A DNA stretch of 64,000 nt from Bacteroidales bacterium (lineage in GTDB: Bacteria > Bacteroidota > Bacteroidia > Bacteroidales > VadinHA17). The number at the start of each line of letters is the position of its first letter. The stretch's first letter is position 1. Shown piece after piece: positions 42,802 through 54,005 of this stretch. The stretch is taken from positions 14,999 to 78,998 of the forward strand of contig JBARBF010000042.1 of assembly GCA_049792755.1 (NCBI GenBank), in the 5' to 3' direction. The notes beneath the pieces were generated by a model. That model was given only the letters and a program-made list of their open reading frames with translations, ran no database searches and had not been told where the DNA came from. The translations under genes and the position numbers were made by a program.

Positions 42802-43215
42802 ATGGACCTTATAATAAAAGATAAAAGGCATATATCCTCCGCTGCCAGACTACTTCTGAAATTCTCGGGTGATAAGAAAATATTTGCTTTTTATGGATCT
42901 ATCGGTGCAGGAAAAACAACAATTATCAAGGCTGTCTGTGAATCGCTGGGCGTCATAGATATTGTGACCAGTCCCACTTTCACCCTGGTAAATGAATACA
43001 GGACATCCGGCGGAGAATCATTATATCATATCGATTTCTATAGAATTAAGAAACAGGAAGAAGTCTACGACTTTGGTGTTGAGGAGTATCTTACCGGCGA
43101 TTCATATTGTTTTATGGAATGGCCTGAACTTATTGAAGAATTACTCCCGCCAGAGACAGTAATTGTGAGAATTTCAGTTGATAACCAAGAACAGAGAACA
43201 CTTTCAATATCTTAA
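42802..43215 (+). CDS. tsaE: tRNA t6A biosynthesis ATPase TsaE
   Basis: 137 aa with the P-loop GSIGAGKTT and the SPTFTLVNEY motif. Confidence 0.85.
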   Translation: MDLIIKDKRHISSAARLLLKFSGDKKIFAFYGSIGAGKTTIIKAVCESLGVIDIVTSPTFTLVNEYRTSGGESLYHIDFYRIKKQEEVYDFGVEEYLTGDSYCFMEWPELIEELLPPETVIVRISVDNQEQRTLSIS

Positions 43216-43276
43216 ATTTATCTTATTTTGCTCTCTATTCCAAATTATTTACCTTTGAGGAAATATCTCTCTCACA

Positions 43277-44500
43277 ATGATGAATGGCAAAGCTAAGAGC
43301 GGAAAAGTCAGTTTTGAAAATACTGTATTCATGCCAAAAGAGGAACACCTCGAAACTGCTGTTAAAAACCGCAGGATTTCGATCGGTATTCCCTGCGACA
43401 AAAAAGACGACGAAAAACGGGTCGCTCTGACCCCGGAAGCAGTTTCTCTGCTGGTTGATAGCGATAATGAGGTTATTGTTCAGAAAGGTGCCGGACTCGG
43501 AGCAAATTATACTGATAAGGATTATAGTGAGAACGGAGCCATAATAAGTGATTCTCCAGCCAGAGTCTTCAGTGCTGATGCAGTAATAAAGGTTGCTCCT
43601 TTTTCTGAGAAAGAAACTGAATTTCTTAAAGGCAATCAGGTAATCTTATCATATCTGAATGTTCTGAAACTCAGCGAAGAAACTCTTGGAAAGCTCATCA
43701 GAAAAAAAGTGACTGCCATCGCCTTTGAAAAAATACGTGATGTAAACGGGGAAATGCCTGTTGTGGAATCAATGAGCGAAATAGCAGGAATAACATCTCT
43801 TCTTATTGCATCGGAATATCTGAGTAATATGCACGGAGGCAAGGGTGTGATGCTTGGTGGAATTACCGGAGTCACTCCAACCGAAGTTGTCATTCTTGGT
43901 GCAAATACAGCAGGTGAATTTGCTGCCAGGGCAGCTATCGGACTTGGATCTACCGTAAAAATTTTCGACAATTCCGTTCCTCGCCTGAGAAGGTTTCAGA
44001 ATCTTCTGGGGCAGCGTCTTCAGACTTCAGTTTTTCATCCCCAGGTTCTTAAAAAGGCTCTTAAATCTGCCGATGTGCTTATTGGTGCTATTGAACTTGA
44101 GGATCTCAGGCCATGGTATTACATTACAGAAGATATGGTGCGGAACATGAAAAAAGGTGCAGTGATTATCGACCTGAGTATTGACCGGGGCGGTTGCATC
44201 GAAACAACTGAGTGCCGGGCCTTAAAGGATCCTGTATATGAAAAACATGGTGTCATTCATTTTTCCGCATGGAATCTCCCGTCGCGAGTGGCACGAACAG
44301 CCTCTATAGCTCTCAGCAATATTTTTACACCTTTGCTTCAGAGTATGGCCGATGCCGGCGGTATTACTCAACTGCTCAAGAATGATCAGGGAGTGCGAAA
44401 CAGCGCCTATTTATATAATGGCATGCTAACGAATGAAACATTGGGCCAGAAGTTCGGAATCATATCTAAAGACCTCGATCTTCTGATATCAGCATTCTGA
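43277..44500 (+). CDS. alanine dehydrogenase family NAD-binding protein
   Basis: 407 aa with AlaDH/PNT N- and C-domains and a Rossmann motif (VILGANTAGEFAAR). Confidence 0.75.
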   Translation: MMNGKAKSGKVSFENTVFMPKEEHLETAVKNRRISIGIPCDKKDDEKRVALTPEAVSLLVDSDNEVIVQKGAGLGANYTDKDYSENGAIISDSPARVFSADAVIKVAPFSEKETEFLKGNQVILSYLNVLKLSEETLGKLIRKKVTAIAFEKIRDVNGEMPVVESMSEIAGITSLLIASEYLSNMHGGKGVMLGGITGVTPTEVVILGANTAGEFAARAAIGLGSTVKIFDNSVPRLRRFQNLLGQRLQTSVFHPQVLKKALKSADVLIGAIELEDLRPWYYITEDMVRNMKKGAVIIDLSIDRGGCIETTECRALKDPVYEKHGVIHFSAWNLPSRVARTASIALSNIFTPLLQSMADAGGITQLLKNDQGVRNSAYLYNGMLTNETLGQKFGIISKDLDLLISAF

Positions 44501-44554
44501 TTATCAGACAAATCGAAGCGAAACCGTTTAACCACTTACCTCATTATCAATATC

Positions 44555-46588
44555 ATGAAGAATTTTAAAAGATATCTTGTCACTTCAGCATTGCCATATG
44601 CAAACGGACCTATTCATATCGGTCATCTTGCCGGTGTTTATATTCCATCGGATATTTATACAAGATATCTGAGAATGAAGGGAGTGGACGTGTTATCTAT
44701 TTGCGGATCAGATGAACATGGTGTACCTATCACTCTCAAAGCACGTAAGGAAGGGGTGTCACCCCAGGTTGTTGTTGACAGATATCATGCAATGAATAAA
44801 AAAGCATTCGAGGATTTTGGAATCGCATTCGATATATATTCACGCACTTCCAATAAGGTCCATTACGAAACTGCATCGGGATTCTTTAAAACTTTATATG
44901 ACAAAGGTGAGTTCACTGAAAAAACATCTGAACAATATTATGATGAGGAAGCAGATTGTTTTCTGGCCGACCGGTATATTATGGGTACATGTCCGCATTG
45001 TGGGAACGAGAATGCCTACGGTGACCAGTGCGAAAAGTGCGGAACATCGCTTAGTCCTGATGAACTTATTAATCCCCACTCTACCGTAAGCGGCAGTAAA
45101 CCGGTATTGCGTGAGACTCTTCATTGGTATCTCCCACTCGATAAATATGAAACATGGCTTAAAAAATGGATCCTTGAAGATCATAAAGAATGGAAAGTAA
45201 ATGTTTACGGACAATGCAAATCGTGGCTCGATCAGGGTTTACAGCCAAGGGCCGTCAGTCGTGATCTCGACTGGGGTGTTCCTGTACCTGTCGAAGGTGC
45301 AAAAGGGAAAGTACTATATGTCTGGTTCGATGCTCCTATCGGTTATATATCTGCTACAAAAGAACTTACACCCGAATGGGAAAAATACTGGAAGGATAAT
45401 AATACAAAAATGATTCATTTTATCGGAAAAGATAATATAGTGTTCCATTGCATTATTTTCCCGGCTATGCTCAAGGCTGAAGGCAGTTATATTCTCCCTG
45501 AAAATGTCCCGGCAAATGAGTTTCTGAACCTTGAAAATGATAAGATTTCAACATCCAGAAACTGGGCGGTATGGCTTCATGAATACCTTGAGGATTTTCC
45601 GGGGAAACAGGATGTCCTTAGATATTCTCTCTGCGCAAATGCTCCTGAGACAAAGGATAATGATTTCACCTGGAAAGATTTTCAGGCACGAAATAACAAT
45701 GAACTGGTTGCAATTCTTGGAAACTTTGTCAACAGGACCCTGGTACTGACAAATAATTATTACGGAGGGAAAGTTCCTGAAATCGGCACAACTGATTCAA
45801 ATGATAATTCTGTATTAGCGGAAATAACACGGTTAAAGGAAAATGTTGAAACCTGTCTTGAAACTTTCAGGTTCCGCGAAGCGCTTAAAGAAGCAATGAA
45901 TCTGGCACGACTGGGCAATAAATATCTGGCTGATGCTGAACCCTGGAAGGTAATTAAAACCGATCCGGAACGTGTTAAAACTATAATGAATATAGCTCTG
46001 CAGATAACTGCAAATCTGACTATTATCTGCGAACCTTTTCTTCCTTTCTCAATGGAAAAACTGCGGGTTCTGATTAATCTGAATGAGTTGAAATGGGAGA
46101 ATGCAGGGAAACAGAACCTGCTTCCCACAGGACATATGATTAACAAAGCCGAACTGCTCTTTGATAAGATTGAAGACGAAGAGATCGCGAGGCAGATAAA
46201 TAAGCTTCTTGCAACAAAAAAATCAAATGAAGATAACAGTTCAAAAACTACTCCGGGAAAAGAACCTGTTACATTTGATGATTTTACAAAAATAGATATC
46301 AGAACCGCAACTATACTTGAAGCAGAAAAAATCCCGAGAACCACTAAACTTCTTAAGCTTAAAATTGACACAGGTATTGATATACGAACTATAGTATCAG
46401 GTATAGCGGAGTATTATGATCCCGCATCCATAATAGGTAAACAGATTTCAATTGTCGCCAATCTCGAACCACGTAAGATTAAAGGAATAGAATCTAAAGG
46501 TATGATACTGATGGCTGAAGATAAAAGTGGGAAACTGGTTATGGTCGCTCCGGCTGACAAAGTGAATAACGGAAGTATGATTAAATAA
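44555..46588 (+). CDS. metG: methionine--tRNA ligase
   Basis: 677 aa with HIGH (PIHIGHLAG), Zn knuckles (CPHCG, CEKCG), a KMSKS-like motif (KISTSRN), and a C-terminal Trbp111/EMAP-like tRNA-binding domain. Confidence 0.95.
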   Translation: MKNFKRYLVTSALPYANGPIHIGHLAGVYIPSDIYTRYLRMKGVDVLSICGSDEHGVPITLKARKEGVSPQVVVDRYHAMNKKAFEDFGIAFDIYSRTSNKVHYETASGFFKTLYDKGEFTEKTSEQYYDEEADCFLADRYIMGTCPHCGNENAYGDQCEKCGTSLSPDELINPHSTVSGSKPVLRETLHWYLPLDKYETWLKKWILEDHKEWKVNVYGQCKSWLDQGLQPRAVSRDLDWGVPVPVEGAKGKVLYVWFDAPIGYISATKELTPEWEKYWKDNNTKMIHFIGKDNIVFHCIIFPAMLKAEGSYILPENVPANEFLNLENDKISTSRNWAVWLHEYLEDFPGKQDVLRYSLCANAPETKDNDFTWKDFQARNNNELVAILGNFVNRTLVLTNNYYGGKVPEIGTTDSNDNSVLAEITRLKENVETCLETFRFREALKEAMNLARLGNKYLADAEPWKVIKTDPERVKTIMNIALQITANLTIICEPFLPFSMEKLRVLINLNELKWENAGKQNLLPTGHMINKAELLFDKIEDEEIARQINKLLATKKSNEDNSSKTTPGKEPVTFDDFTKIDIRTATILEAEKIPRTTKLLKLKIDTGIDIRTIVSGIAEYYDPASIIGKQISIVANLEPRKIKGIESKGMILMAEDKSGKLVMVAPADKVNNGSMIK

Positions 46589-47551
46589 CTATTTTTTTCT
46601 TGAGACCCAGGCTCCGGGGAATTTTTTTAAAATGCTATCTTTTTTTATATCAGCTGAATTCAGATCATTGCATGTCATCGCGCATACTCTGTAAAAGCCA
46701 TTTTCAGCTGCAACTATCTCCGGAGTAAATCCTTCTTCTCTCAGTATATTTATCTGCGAGTCGGCATTCTCTTTTGATCTGAAACTACCGGTTATTACAT
46801 AATATTCACTTTTGGCCGTAAGAGCAGGAGCAGCAACAACGATGGCGGAAGTTTTATAGGAGATTGGATTGGTGGTTTCTTCTTTCCCGGAAGCTTCAAC
46901 AGAATTACCCTGATCCACTGCTTTTTTATTATTCTCAAATTCAGCTGTTACCAGCGGATTCATAGTTGTTGATTCAACCTTTGCCTTGAATAGATCTGTT
47001 TTAAACGGAACCACAAAAAGAAGTGAGAGAAGAGGAATGATCACTGCAGCCCTCCAGAGTACCTTTCTTATTGATGCCTGTTTTAATGGATCCTTTTCTC
47101 TGTGTCTGATTATTCTCTTCCTTACATCATATCCTTCAAGAGGCAAACACTGGAAAGGTTCAAATCCGTAAGAATCAAGATGATAATTTACAGTTTTGTC
47201 TGGCTCAAACTGAACATTTCCTTCCGTGTTGTTAACAAAACTTCCAATATTATCAAAAACAACTTTCTCTCCTTTTTCAAGTTTCTTTCTAAGTCCGGCA
47301 ACAAATTCTTCTACTAAATTTCTGGCATCGCCATAATTTATTTTTAACGCTATAGAGATCCTTCCTGCCAGTAGTCCATCATTATGATTCAGATTCCTGT
47401 TAAAAGATATCTGCTTTACAGGGGGATAAAAAGTACCGGTGCTTTTCTCTATTCTTGCAGGAGTATAGTTGCCTATAAAACCACCGAAACCCGGGACAAT
47501 AACACAATCATTTCCGAATAATAATTCCCTTATAATAGCTGTCACATCCAC
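46589..47551 (-). CDS. SPOR domain protein with an N-terminal HU-like domain
   Basis: 320 aa with an HU/CCDC81-like N-terminus, one TM segment, and a C-terminal SPOR-like repeat (YYVITGSFRSKENA...GFYRV). Confidence 0.7.
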   Translation of the reverse strand: MDVTAIIRELLFGNDCVIVPGFGGFIGNYTPARIEKSTGTFYPPVKQISFNRNLNHNDGLLAGRISIALKINYGDARNLVEEFVAGLRKKLEKGEKVVFDNIGSFVNNTEGNVQFEPDKTVNYHLDSYGFEPFQCLPLEGYDVRKRIIRHREKDPLKQASIRKVLWRAAVIIPLLSLLFVVPFKTDLFKAKVESTTMNPLVTAEFENNKKAVDQGNSVEASGKEETTNPISYKTSAIVVAAPALTAKSEYYVITGSFRSKENADSQINILREEGFTPEIVAAENGFYRVCAMTCNDLNSADIKKDSILKKFPGAWVSRKK

Positions 47552-47776
47552 TGCCGGTTCTTCTTTTGATTAATACAAATTTAAGAAAAAAAAGTTAATT
47601 ACAATATTTATTCAGGTTCGGTGGTAAAACCCATCAGTCCCAATTATGCGGAACATCTCAACTAACTGGGTGATAATACTCTGACATTTAATCACATTTT
47701 TCTAAAACAGTGAGCCTTTTAAGGGGGTACATTGAAGAGCAGGATCACACTTAGACGATTCTGTTTTGCGAGTAAG

Positions 47777-47870
47777 ACCCCTCTGGCTCTTCGCACCATC
47801 TTTCCTAAAAGAGGAGGAAATCCTTACACATTTAGTGTATTAGCCCCCCAAATGGGGTTTTGGAGGGTAG
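47777..47870. repeat. C-run/G-run hairpin module related to the 7851-7879 and 36944-36981 modules
   Basis: The reverse complement of gacccctctggctcttcgc reads gcgaagagccagaggggtc, the same CGAAG..CAGAGGGG motif. It also contains gccccccaaatgggg. Confidence 0.55.
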
Positions 47871-47915
47871 TTCAATAAAAAATATTATCTTCGTATTTCA
47901 AATTTCCTGCATGAA

Positions 47916-49052
47916 ATGAGAGAGATACAAATGGTAGACCTGAGAGCCCAGTATGAAAAGATCGGGTCGGATATTGATAGTGCAATAAAATCTGTCCTTT
48001 TATCAACAGCATTTATAAAAGGTCCTGAAGTTAAGCTATTTGAAGAAGAGCTTCAGGAATATATGGGTGTAAAACATGTGGTTTCGTGTGCAAACGGAAC
48101 TGATGCACTGCAACTTGCAATGACAATTCTCGGTCTGAAACCCGGTGATGAGGTAATCACAACAGACTTCACTTTTATTGCTACGATTGAGGTAGTAGCC
48201 CTGCTTGGCTTAAAACCGGTTATTGTTGATCCGGAACCCGGGACATTCAATATTTCGGTAACAGCTATCAAAAAAGCTATAACTCCAAAAACAAAAGCTA
48301 TTGTTCCTGTCCATCTTTTTGGCCAATGTGCCGACATGGAGAGTATTATGGAGCTTGCAAAGAAAAATGGTCTCTTTGTAATTGAAGATGCAGCACAGGC
48401 AACCGGAGCAGATTATATCTTTAAAAACGGAACTACCAAAAAAGCAGGAACCATAGGACATATCGGGACGACTTCATTTTTCCCTTCCAAAAACCTGGGT
48501 TGTTACGGTGATGGAGGCGCTCTTTATACTGACGATGAGACATTCGCAAGGAAACTAAGGAGTATTGCTAACCACGGTATGAAAATAAGGTATCATTATG
48601 ATGATATAGGTGTTAATTCAAGATTGGATACTATTCAGGCAGCTGTTCTGAGGGTAAAACTTAAACATCTTTCGGAATTCAATTCGGCAAGAAAGAAGGT
48701 TGCGGATTCCTATGACAAAGCCTTTGAAGGGTGTCGTTTAATATCGGTTCCTGAAAGAGTGAACTATTCTTCCCACATTTTTCATCAATATACAATCAAA
48801 GTAAAGAACGGGAGAAGAGATGAACTAAAGAAATTTCTTGAATCAAAAAAAATCCCTTCAATGGTTTATTATCCGGGTCCTCTTCATCTGCAAAATGCCT
48901 ATGGTTACCTTGGTTATAAAGAAAATGATTTTCCTGTTACAGCCTCTCTGTGTAAAGAGGTGCTCTCTTTACCGATACATCCTGATATGGAGAGGGAACA
49001 AATTGATTATATTACGCTTAATGTTTTGGAATTCTTCGATAAATTACAATAA
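47916..49052 (+). CDS. DegT/DnrJ/EryC1 family sugar aminotransferase (WbpE-like)
   Basis: 378 aa with the PLP-lysine motif FFPSKNLGCYGDGGA. Confidence 0.85.
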   Translation: MREIQMVDLRAQYEKIGSDIDSAIKSVLLSTAFIKGPEVKLFEEELQEYMGVKHVVSCANGTDALQLAMTILGLKPGDEVITTDFTFIATIEVVALLGLKPVIVDPEPGTFNISVTAIKKAITPKTKAIVPVHLFGQCADMESIMELAKKNGLFVIEDAAQATGADYIFKNGTTKKAGTIGHIGTTSFFPSKNLGCYGDGGALYTDDETFARKLRSIANHGMKIRYHYDDIGVNSRLDTIQAAVLRVKLKHLSEFNSARKKVADSYDKAFEGCRLISVPERVNYSSHIFHQYTIKVKNGRRDELKKFLESKKIPSMVYYPGPLHLQNAYGYLGYKENDFPVTASLCKEVLSLPIHPDMEREQIDYITLNVLEFFDKLQ

Positions 49053-49630
49053 TGGAGAAGGAATACTTTGCTCATGAAACAGCTGTTATAGATGATGGCT
49101 GTAAAATTGGAAAAGGAACAAAGATATGGCACTTCAGCCATATTATGACAGGTTCGGAAATAGGAGAAAACTGTAATATCGGCCAGAATGTTGTTATTTC
49201 TCCGGGTGTAAAACTGGGGAATAATGTCAAAGTTCAGAATAATGTCTCAATCTATACCGGAGTCACTTGTGAAGATGACGTGTTCCTGGGTCCTTCTATG
49301 GTATTTACAAATGTGATTAACCCCCGAAGTGCAATAGTCCGGAAGGACCATTATTATACAACCATCGTGGAGAAGGGATCCTCAATAGGAGCCAATTCCA
49401 CAATTATATGCGGAAATAAAATCGGGACCTATTCATTTATCGGGGCCGGAGCTGTTGTTACAAAAGATGTCAAGCCTTATGCTCTGGTAGTTGGCAATCC
49501 TGCAAGACAGACCGGTTGGATGAGTGAATACGGACATAAACTTAATTTTGACACTTCCGGCCTCGCTTCCTGTCCTGAAAGTGGAGAGAGTTACAAGATT
49601 GAGGATGGCAAAGTTTCTAAAATATTTTAG
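49052..49630 (+). CDS. hexapeptide-repeat N-acetyltransferase (WbpD-like)
   Basis: 192 aa with left-handed beta-helix repeats. It overlaps the upstream stop by 1 nt. Confidence 0.8.
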   Translation: MEKEYFAHETAVIDDGCKIGKGTKIWHFSHIMTGSEIGENCNIGQNVVISPGVKLGNNVKVQNNVSIYTGVTCEDDVFLGPSMVFTNVINPRSAIVRKDHYYTTIVEKGSSIGANSTIICGNKIGTYSFIGAGAVVTKDVKPYALVVGNPARQTGWMSEYGHKLNFDTSGLASCPESGESYKIEDGKVSKIF

Positions 49631-50614
<984 letters not shown>

Positions 50615-50617
50615 CCT

Positions 50618-51907
50618 ATGTACAATAAACTAATTAATAAGGAAACTAAGCTATCAGTCATCGGCCTAGGTTATGTTGGCCTTCCGATCGCTCTTGAATT
50701 TGCAAAGCATATAAGTGTTGTCGGCTTTGATATAAAACACGAAAGGATTGCCCTGATGAAAAAGGGCATAGATCCAAGTAATGAACTTAATTCAGATGCA
50801 TTTAAGAATACCGATATTGTTCTTACAAGCGATCCTGCAGATTTAAAAGCTGCTTCATTTCATATTATTGCTGTTCCGACACCAACTACAAAGACAAATT
50901 TGCCTGACCTTACTCCCGTTCTGAAAGCAACTGAAATAATTGGAAGAATTTTAAAAAAAGGAGATTATGTTGTTTATGAATCGACTGTCTACCCGGGCTG
51001 TACTGAAGATGATTGTATTCCCGTCCTGGAAAGGTATTCTGAATTAAAATGCGGTCTTGATTTTAAGGTTGGCTTCTCACCCGAAAGAATAAATCCGGGT
51101 GACAAGGATCATACTCTTACAAAAATTGTAAAAGTAACCAGCGGTTGCGATACCGAATCTGCTGAAAACATCGCAAAAACTTACGAACTTATAATCAAAG
51201 CAGGAGTTCACCGGGCAAGTTCAATTAAGGTTGCAGAATCGGCAAAGATCATTGAAAACACCCAGCGTGATATTAATATTGCTTTTATGAATGAACTTTC
51301 AATTATATTTAACAGACTGGGTATAAATACATTCGAAGTACTGGAAGCTGCAGGAACAAAATGGAACTTCCTTAAGTTTTATCCTGGTCTTGTAGGAGGG
51401 CATTGCATAGGTGTTGATCCGTATTATCTCTCATTCAAGGCAAAAGCACTGGGATATCATCCCCAGATGATTGATTCGGGAAGGTTCATCAACGATAGCA
51501 TGGGCAGATATATAGGAAAACAGACTGTCAAAAAGATAATTGCTGCCGGCAAGAATCTGAAGGGTTCAAGAGTTCTGATAATGGGGATTACTTTTAAAGA
51601 AGATGTTACAGATATCCGAAATTCAAAGGTCATAGACATAATCAGTGAACTGGATGATTTCGGAATATCTGTTGATGTTATTGACCCCGGTGCAGGGAAA
51701 CATGAGGTAAAAGAAGAATATCAGATTGATCTTAAAGCTCAACCCTTTGAAAAATACGATGCAATAATCCTCGCAGTAAGCCATAAAGAATATCTAAATC
51801 TGGATGAATCGTATTTTAATAATTTTCTGAATAATAATGGAATTGTTGTGGACGTGAAAGGTGTTCTTCGCGGAAAAATAAATAATCATACATATTGGAG
51901 CCTCTAA
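50618..51907 (+). CDS. nucleotide-sugar 6-dehydrogenase (WbpA/TviB-like UDP-N-acetylhexosamine dehydrogenase)
   Basis: 429 aa with VIGLGYVGLPIA and the catalytic-Cys motif GGHCIGVDPYY. Confidence 0.85.
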   Translation: MYNKLINKETKLSVIGLGYVGLPIALEFAKHISVVGFDIKHERIALMKKGIDPSNELNSDAFKNTDIVLTSDPADLKAASFHIIAVPTPTTKTNLPDLTPVLKATEIIGRILKKGDYVVYESTVYPGCTEDDCIPVLERYSELKCGLDFKVGFSPERINPGDKDHTLTKIVKVTSGCDTESAENIAKTYELIIKAGVHRASSIKVAESAKIIENTQRDINIAFMNELSIIFNRLGINTFEVLEAAGTKWNFLKFYPGLVGGHCIGVDPYYLSFKAKALGYHPQMIDSGRFINDSMGRYIGKQTVKKIIAAGKNLKGSRVLIMGITFKEDVTDIRNSKVIDIISELDDFGISVDVIDPGAGKHEVKEEYQIDLKAQPFEKYDAIILAVSHKEYLNLDESYFNNFLNNNGIVVDVKGVLRGKINNHTYWSL

Positions 51908-52938
51908 TGAAAAAGAAAATTCTGGTAACCGGAGGAACCGGATATATAGGATCTCATACAGCAGTTGAACTTATCAACGAAGGATTCGAAGTAATAATTA
52001 TTGATAACCTGTACAACTCGGAAGCAACTGTAGTTGAAAGAATATACAAAATAACCGGAGTCAGACCATTTTTGGAAGTTCTGGATCTGTGTGACATGGA
52101 AAAACTTGACAGATTTATTCAGAACCACAGGGATATTTCTGCTGTCATTCATTTCGCAGCTTATAAAGCTGTGGGTGAGTCAGTTATTAAACCACTTGAT
52201 TACTACCGGAATAATCTTCTATCATTGGTTAATCTGCTGGAATCAATGAAACGTTATGATATTCCTGACCTGGTATTCTCATCTTCATGTACAGTTTACG
52301 GTCAGCCGGAAAAGCTTCCCGTAACTGAGGACGCACCTCTGCAACCAGCCACTTCCCCTTATGGAAATACAAAACAGATCGGTGAAACTATAATAAGGGA
52401 TACAACCTTATCTGACAGGAACATTAAAGCAATTTCATTAAGATATTTTAATCCTATCGGGGCACACCCGTCAGCTCTGATCGGGGAGCTGCCAAAAGGT
52501 GTTCCGGAAAACCTTGTTCCTTATTTAACGCAGACCGGATATGGTATCAGGGAAGAACTAAAAGTTTTCGGAGATGATTATAACACACCTGACGGATCAT
52601 GCATCAGAGATTACCTTCATGTAGTCGACCTTGCAAAAGCACATGTAGTCGCAATAAAAAGGCTTATTGAAGGAAAAAACAAAGCAGATTATGAGGTTTT
52701 TAATCTCGGAACCGGAAAGGGAGTTTCAGTGTTCGAGGCTATAAAATCATTTGAACGGGTTTCGGGAATTAAATTGAAGTATAAGATAGTAGAAAGACGA
52801 GCAGGAGATATAGAAAAAATATGGGCCGATCCATCTTATGCGAATAAAGAACTTGGCTGGAAAACCCTTAGTTCCCTTGATGAAGCTATGAAAACGGCAT
52901 GGGACTGGGAGAAAAACATCAGAGCTAACAAAATTTAA
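51895..52938 (+). CDS. galE: UDP-glucose 4-epimerase
   Basis: VTGGTGYIGSH and SPYGNTK (YxxxK) motifs. The likely true start is the ATG at 51907, which overlaps the upstream stop. Confidence 0.85.
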   Translation: MEPLMKKKILVTGGTGYIGSHTAVELINEGFEVIIIDNLYNSEATVVERIYKITGVRPFLEVLDLCDMEKLDRFIQNHRDISAVIHFAAYKAVGESVIKPLDYYRNNLLSLVNLLESMKRYDIPDLVFSSSCTVYGQPEKLPVTEDAPLQPATSPYGNTKQIGETIIRDTTLSDRNIKAISLRYFNPIGAHPSALIGELPKGVPENLVPYLTQTGYGIREELKVFGDDYNTPDGSCIRDYLHVVDLAKAHVVAIKRLIEGKNKADYEVFNLGTGKGVSVFEAIKSFERVSGIKLKYKIVERRAGDIEKIWADPSYANKELGWKTLSSLDEAMKTAWDWEKNIRANKI

Positions 52939-52940
52939 AT

Positions 52941-53996
52941 ATGAAACGAACTATTCTGATTACAGGTGGTGCGGGTTTTATTGGTTCTCATGTTGTCAGA
53001 AGATTCGTCGGCAAATATCCTGAATACCTTATTGTTAATGCCGATAAGCTAACTTATGCAGGAAATCTTGAGAACCTTACGGATATCGAAAATGAAAAGA
53101 ATTATAAGTTTGAAAAAACTGATATCGTTGAAAAAAAATCTGTTCTTGATCTTTTCGGGAAGTACAACTTCGATGGAGTAATTCATCTGGCAGCCGAATC
53201 ACATGTCGATCGTTCAATCACCGGCCCCGATGAATTTGTTTTTACTAATATTGTTGGAACGGTAAACCTGCTTAATGCTGCGCTTAATAACTGGAGAACC
53301 GCATTCGAAGGAAAGCTATTCTATCATATTTCGACCGATGAAGTGTATGGTTCACTGGGAAAAGAGGGTCTCTTTACTGAAGAAACTGCCTACGATCCCG
53401 GAAGCCCTTATTCCGCATCAAAAGCAAGCTCCGACCATTTGGTAAGAGCTTATTATCATACCTTCGGAGTTCCAGCTGTGATATCCAATTGTTCTAATAA
53501 TTATGGCCCAAACCAGTTTCCTGAAAAACTTATCCCTCTCGCTATAAACAATATTAAAAATAACAAACCGATTCCTGTCTACGGGAAGGGTGAAAACATC
53601 CGTGACTGGTTATATGTCGAAGATCATGCTTCAGCAATCGATCTTATTTTTCATGGAGGCAAGATTGGGGAAACCTATAATATCGGCGGTAATAATGAAT
53701 GGAAAAATATTGATCTTATACTTCTTCTTTGCAGAATAATGGATAGGAAACTTAACCGTTTTTCAGGAACATCCGAAAAACTGATTACATATGTTAAAGA
53801 CAGACCGGGACATGATCTCAGATATGCAATTGACTCCTCAAAATTACAGAAAGAGCTGGGTTGGTCGCCTATACCTGATTTTGAAGACGGTCTCAGTAAA
53901 ACAGTCGAATGGTATCTTGCAAATACAAAATGGCTCGACAGGGTCCTGTCAGGTGATTATAGTAAGTATTATGACCGTATGTATTCAGACAGATAA
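52941..53996 (+). CDS. rfbB: dTDP-glucose 4,6-dehydratase
   Basis: 351 aa with ITGGAGFIGSH, STDEVYG and YSASKASSD motifs. Confidence 0.9.
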   Translation: MKRTILITGGAGFIGSHVVRRFVGKYPEYLIVNADKLTYAGNLENLTDIENEKNYKFEKTDIVEKKSVLDLFGKYNFDGVIHLAAESHVDRSITGPDEFVFTNIVGTVNLLNAALNNWRTAFEGKLFYHISTDEVYGSLGKEGLFTEETAYDPGSPYSASKASSDHLVRAYYHTFGVPAVISNCSNNYGPNQFPEKLIPLAINNIKNNKPIPVYGKGENIRDWLYVEDHASAIDLIFHGGKIGETYNIGGNNEWKNIDLILLLCRIMDRKLNRFSGTSEKLITYVKDRPGHDLRYAIDSSKLQKELGWSPIPDFEDGLSKTVEWYLANTKWLDRVLSGDYSKYYDRMYSDR

Positions 53997-54005
53997 TTTT
54001 AAAAA

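Noticed and set aside
45760-46371. 203-aa antisense ORF inside metG. Similar long antisense or alternative-frame ORFs occur at 63307-63831 in radA, 10902-11276 in tdh, 30992-31839 in pgk, 2389-2829 in GH2, 43636-43971 in ald and 61791-62231 in the UPF0104-like gene.
   Set aside because: These are low-complexity Ser/Ile/Phe/Pro-rich translations lying opposite, or out of frame with, strongly supported conserved genes. Such ORFs are typical by-products of codon bias.
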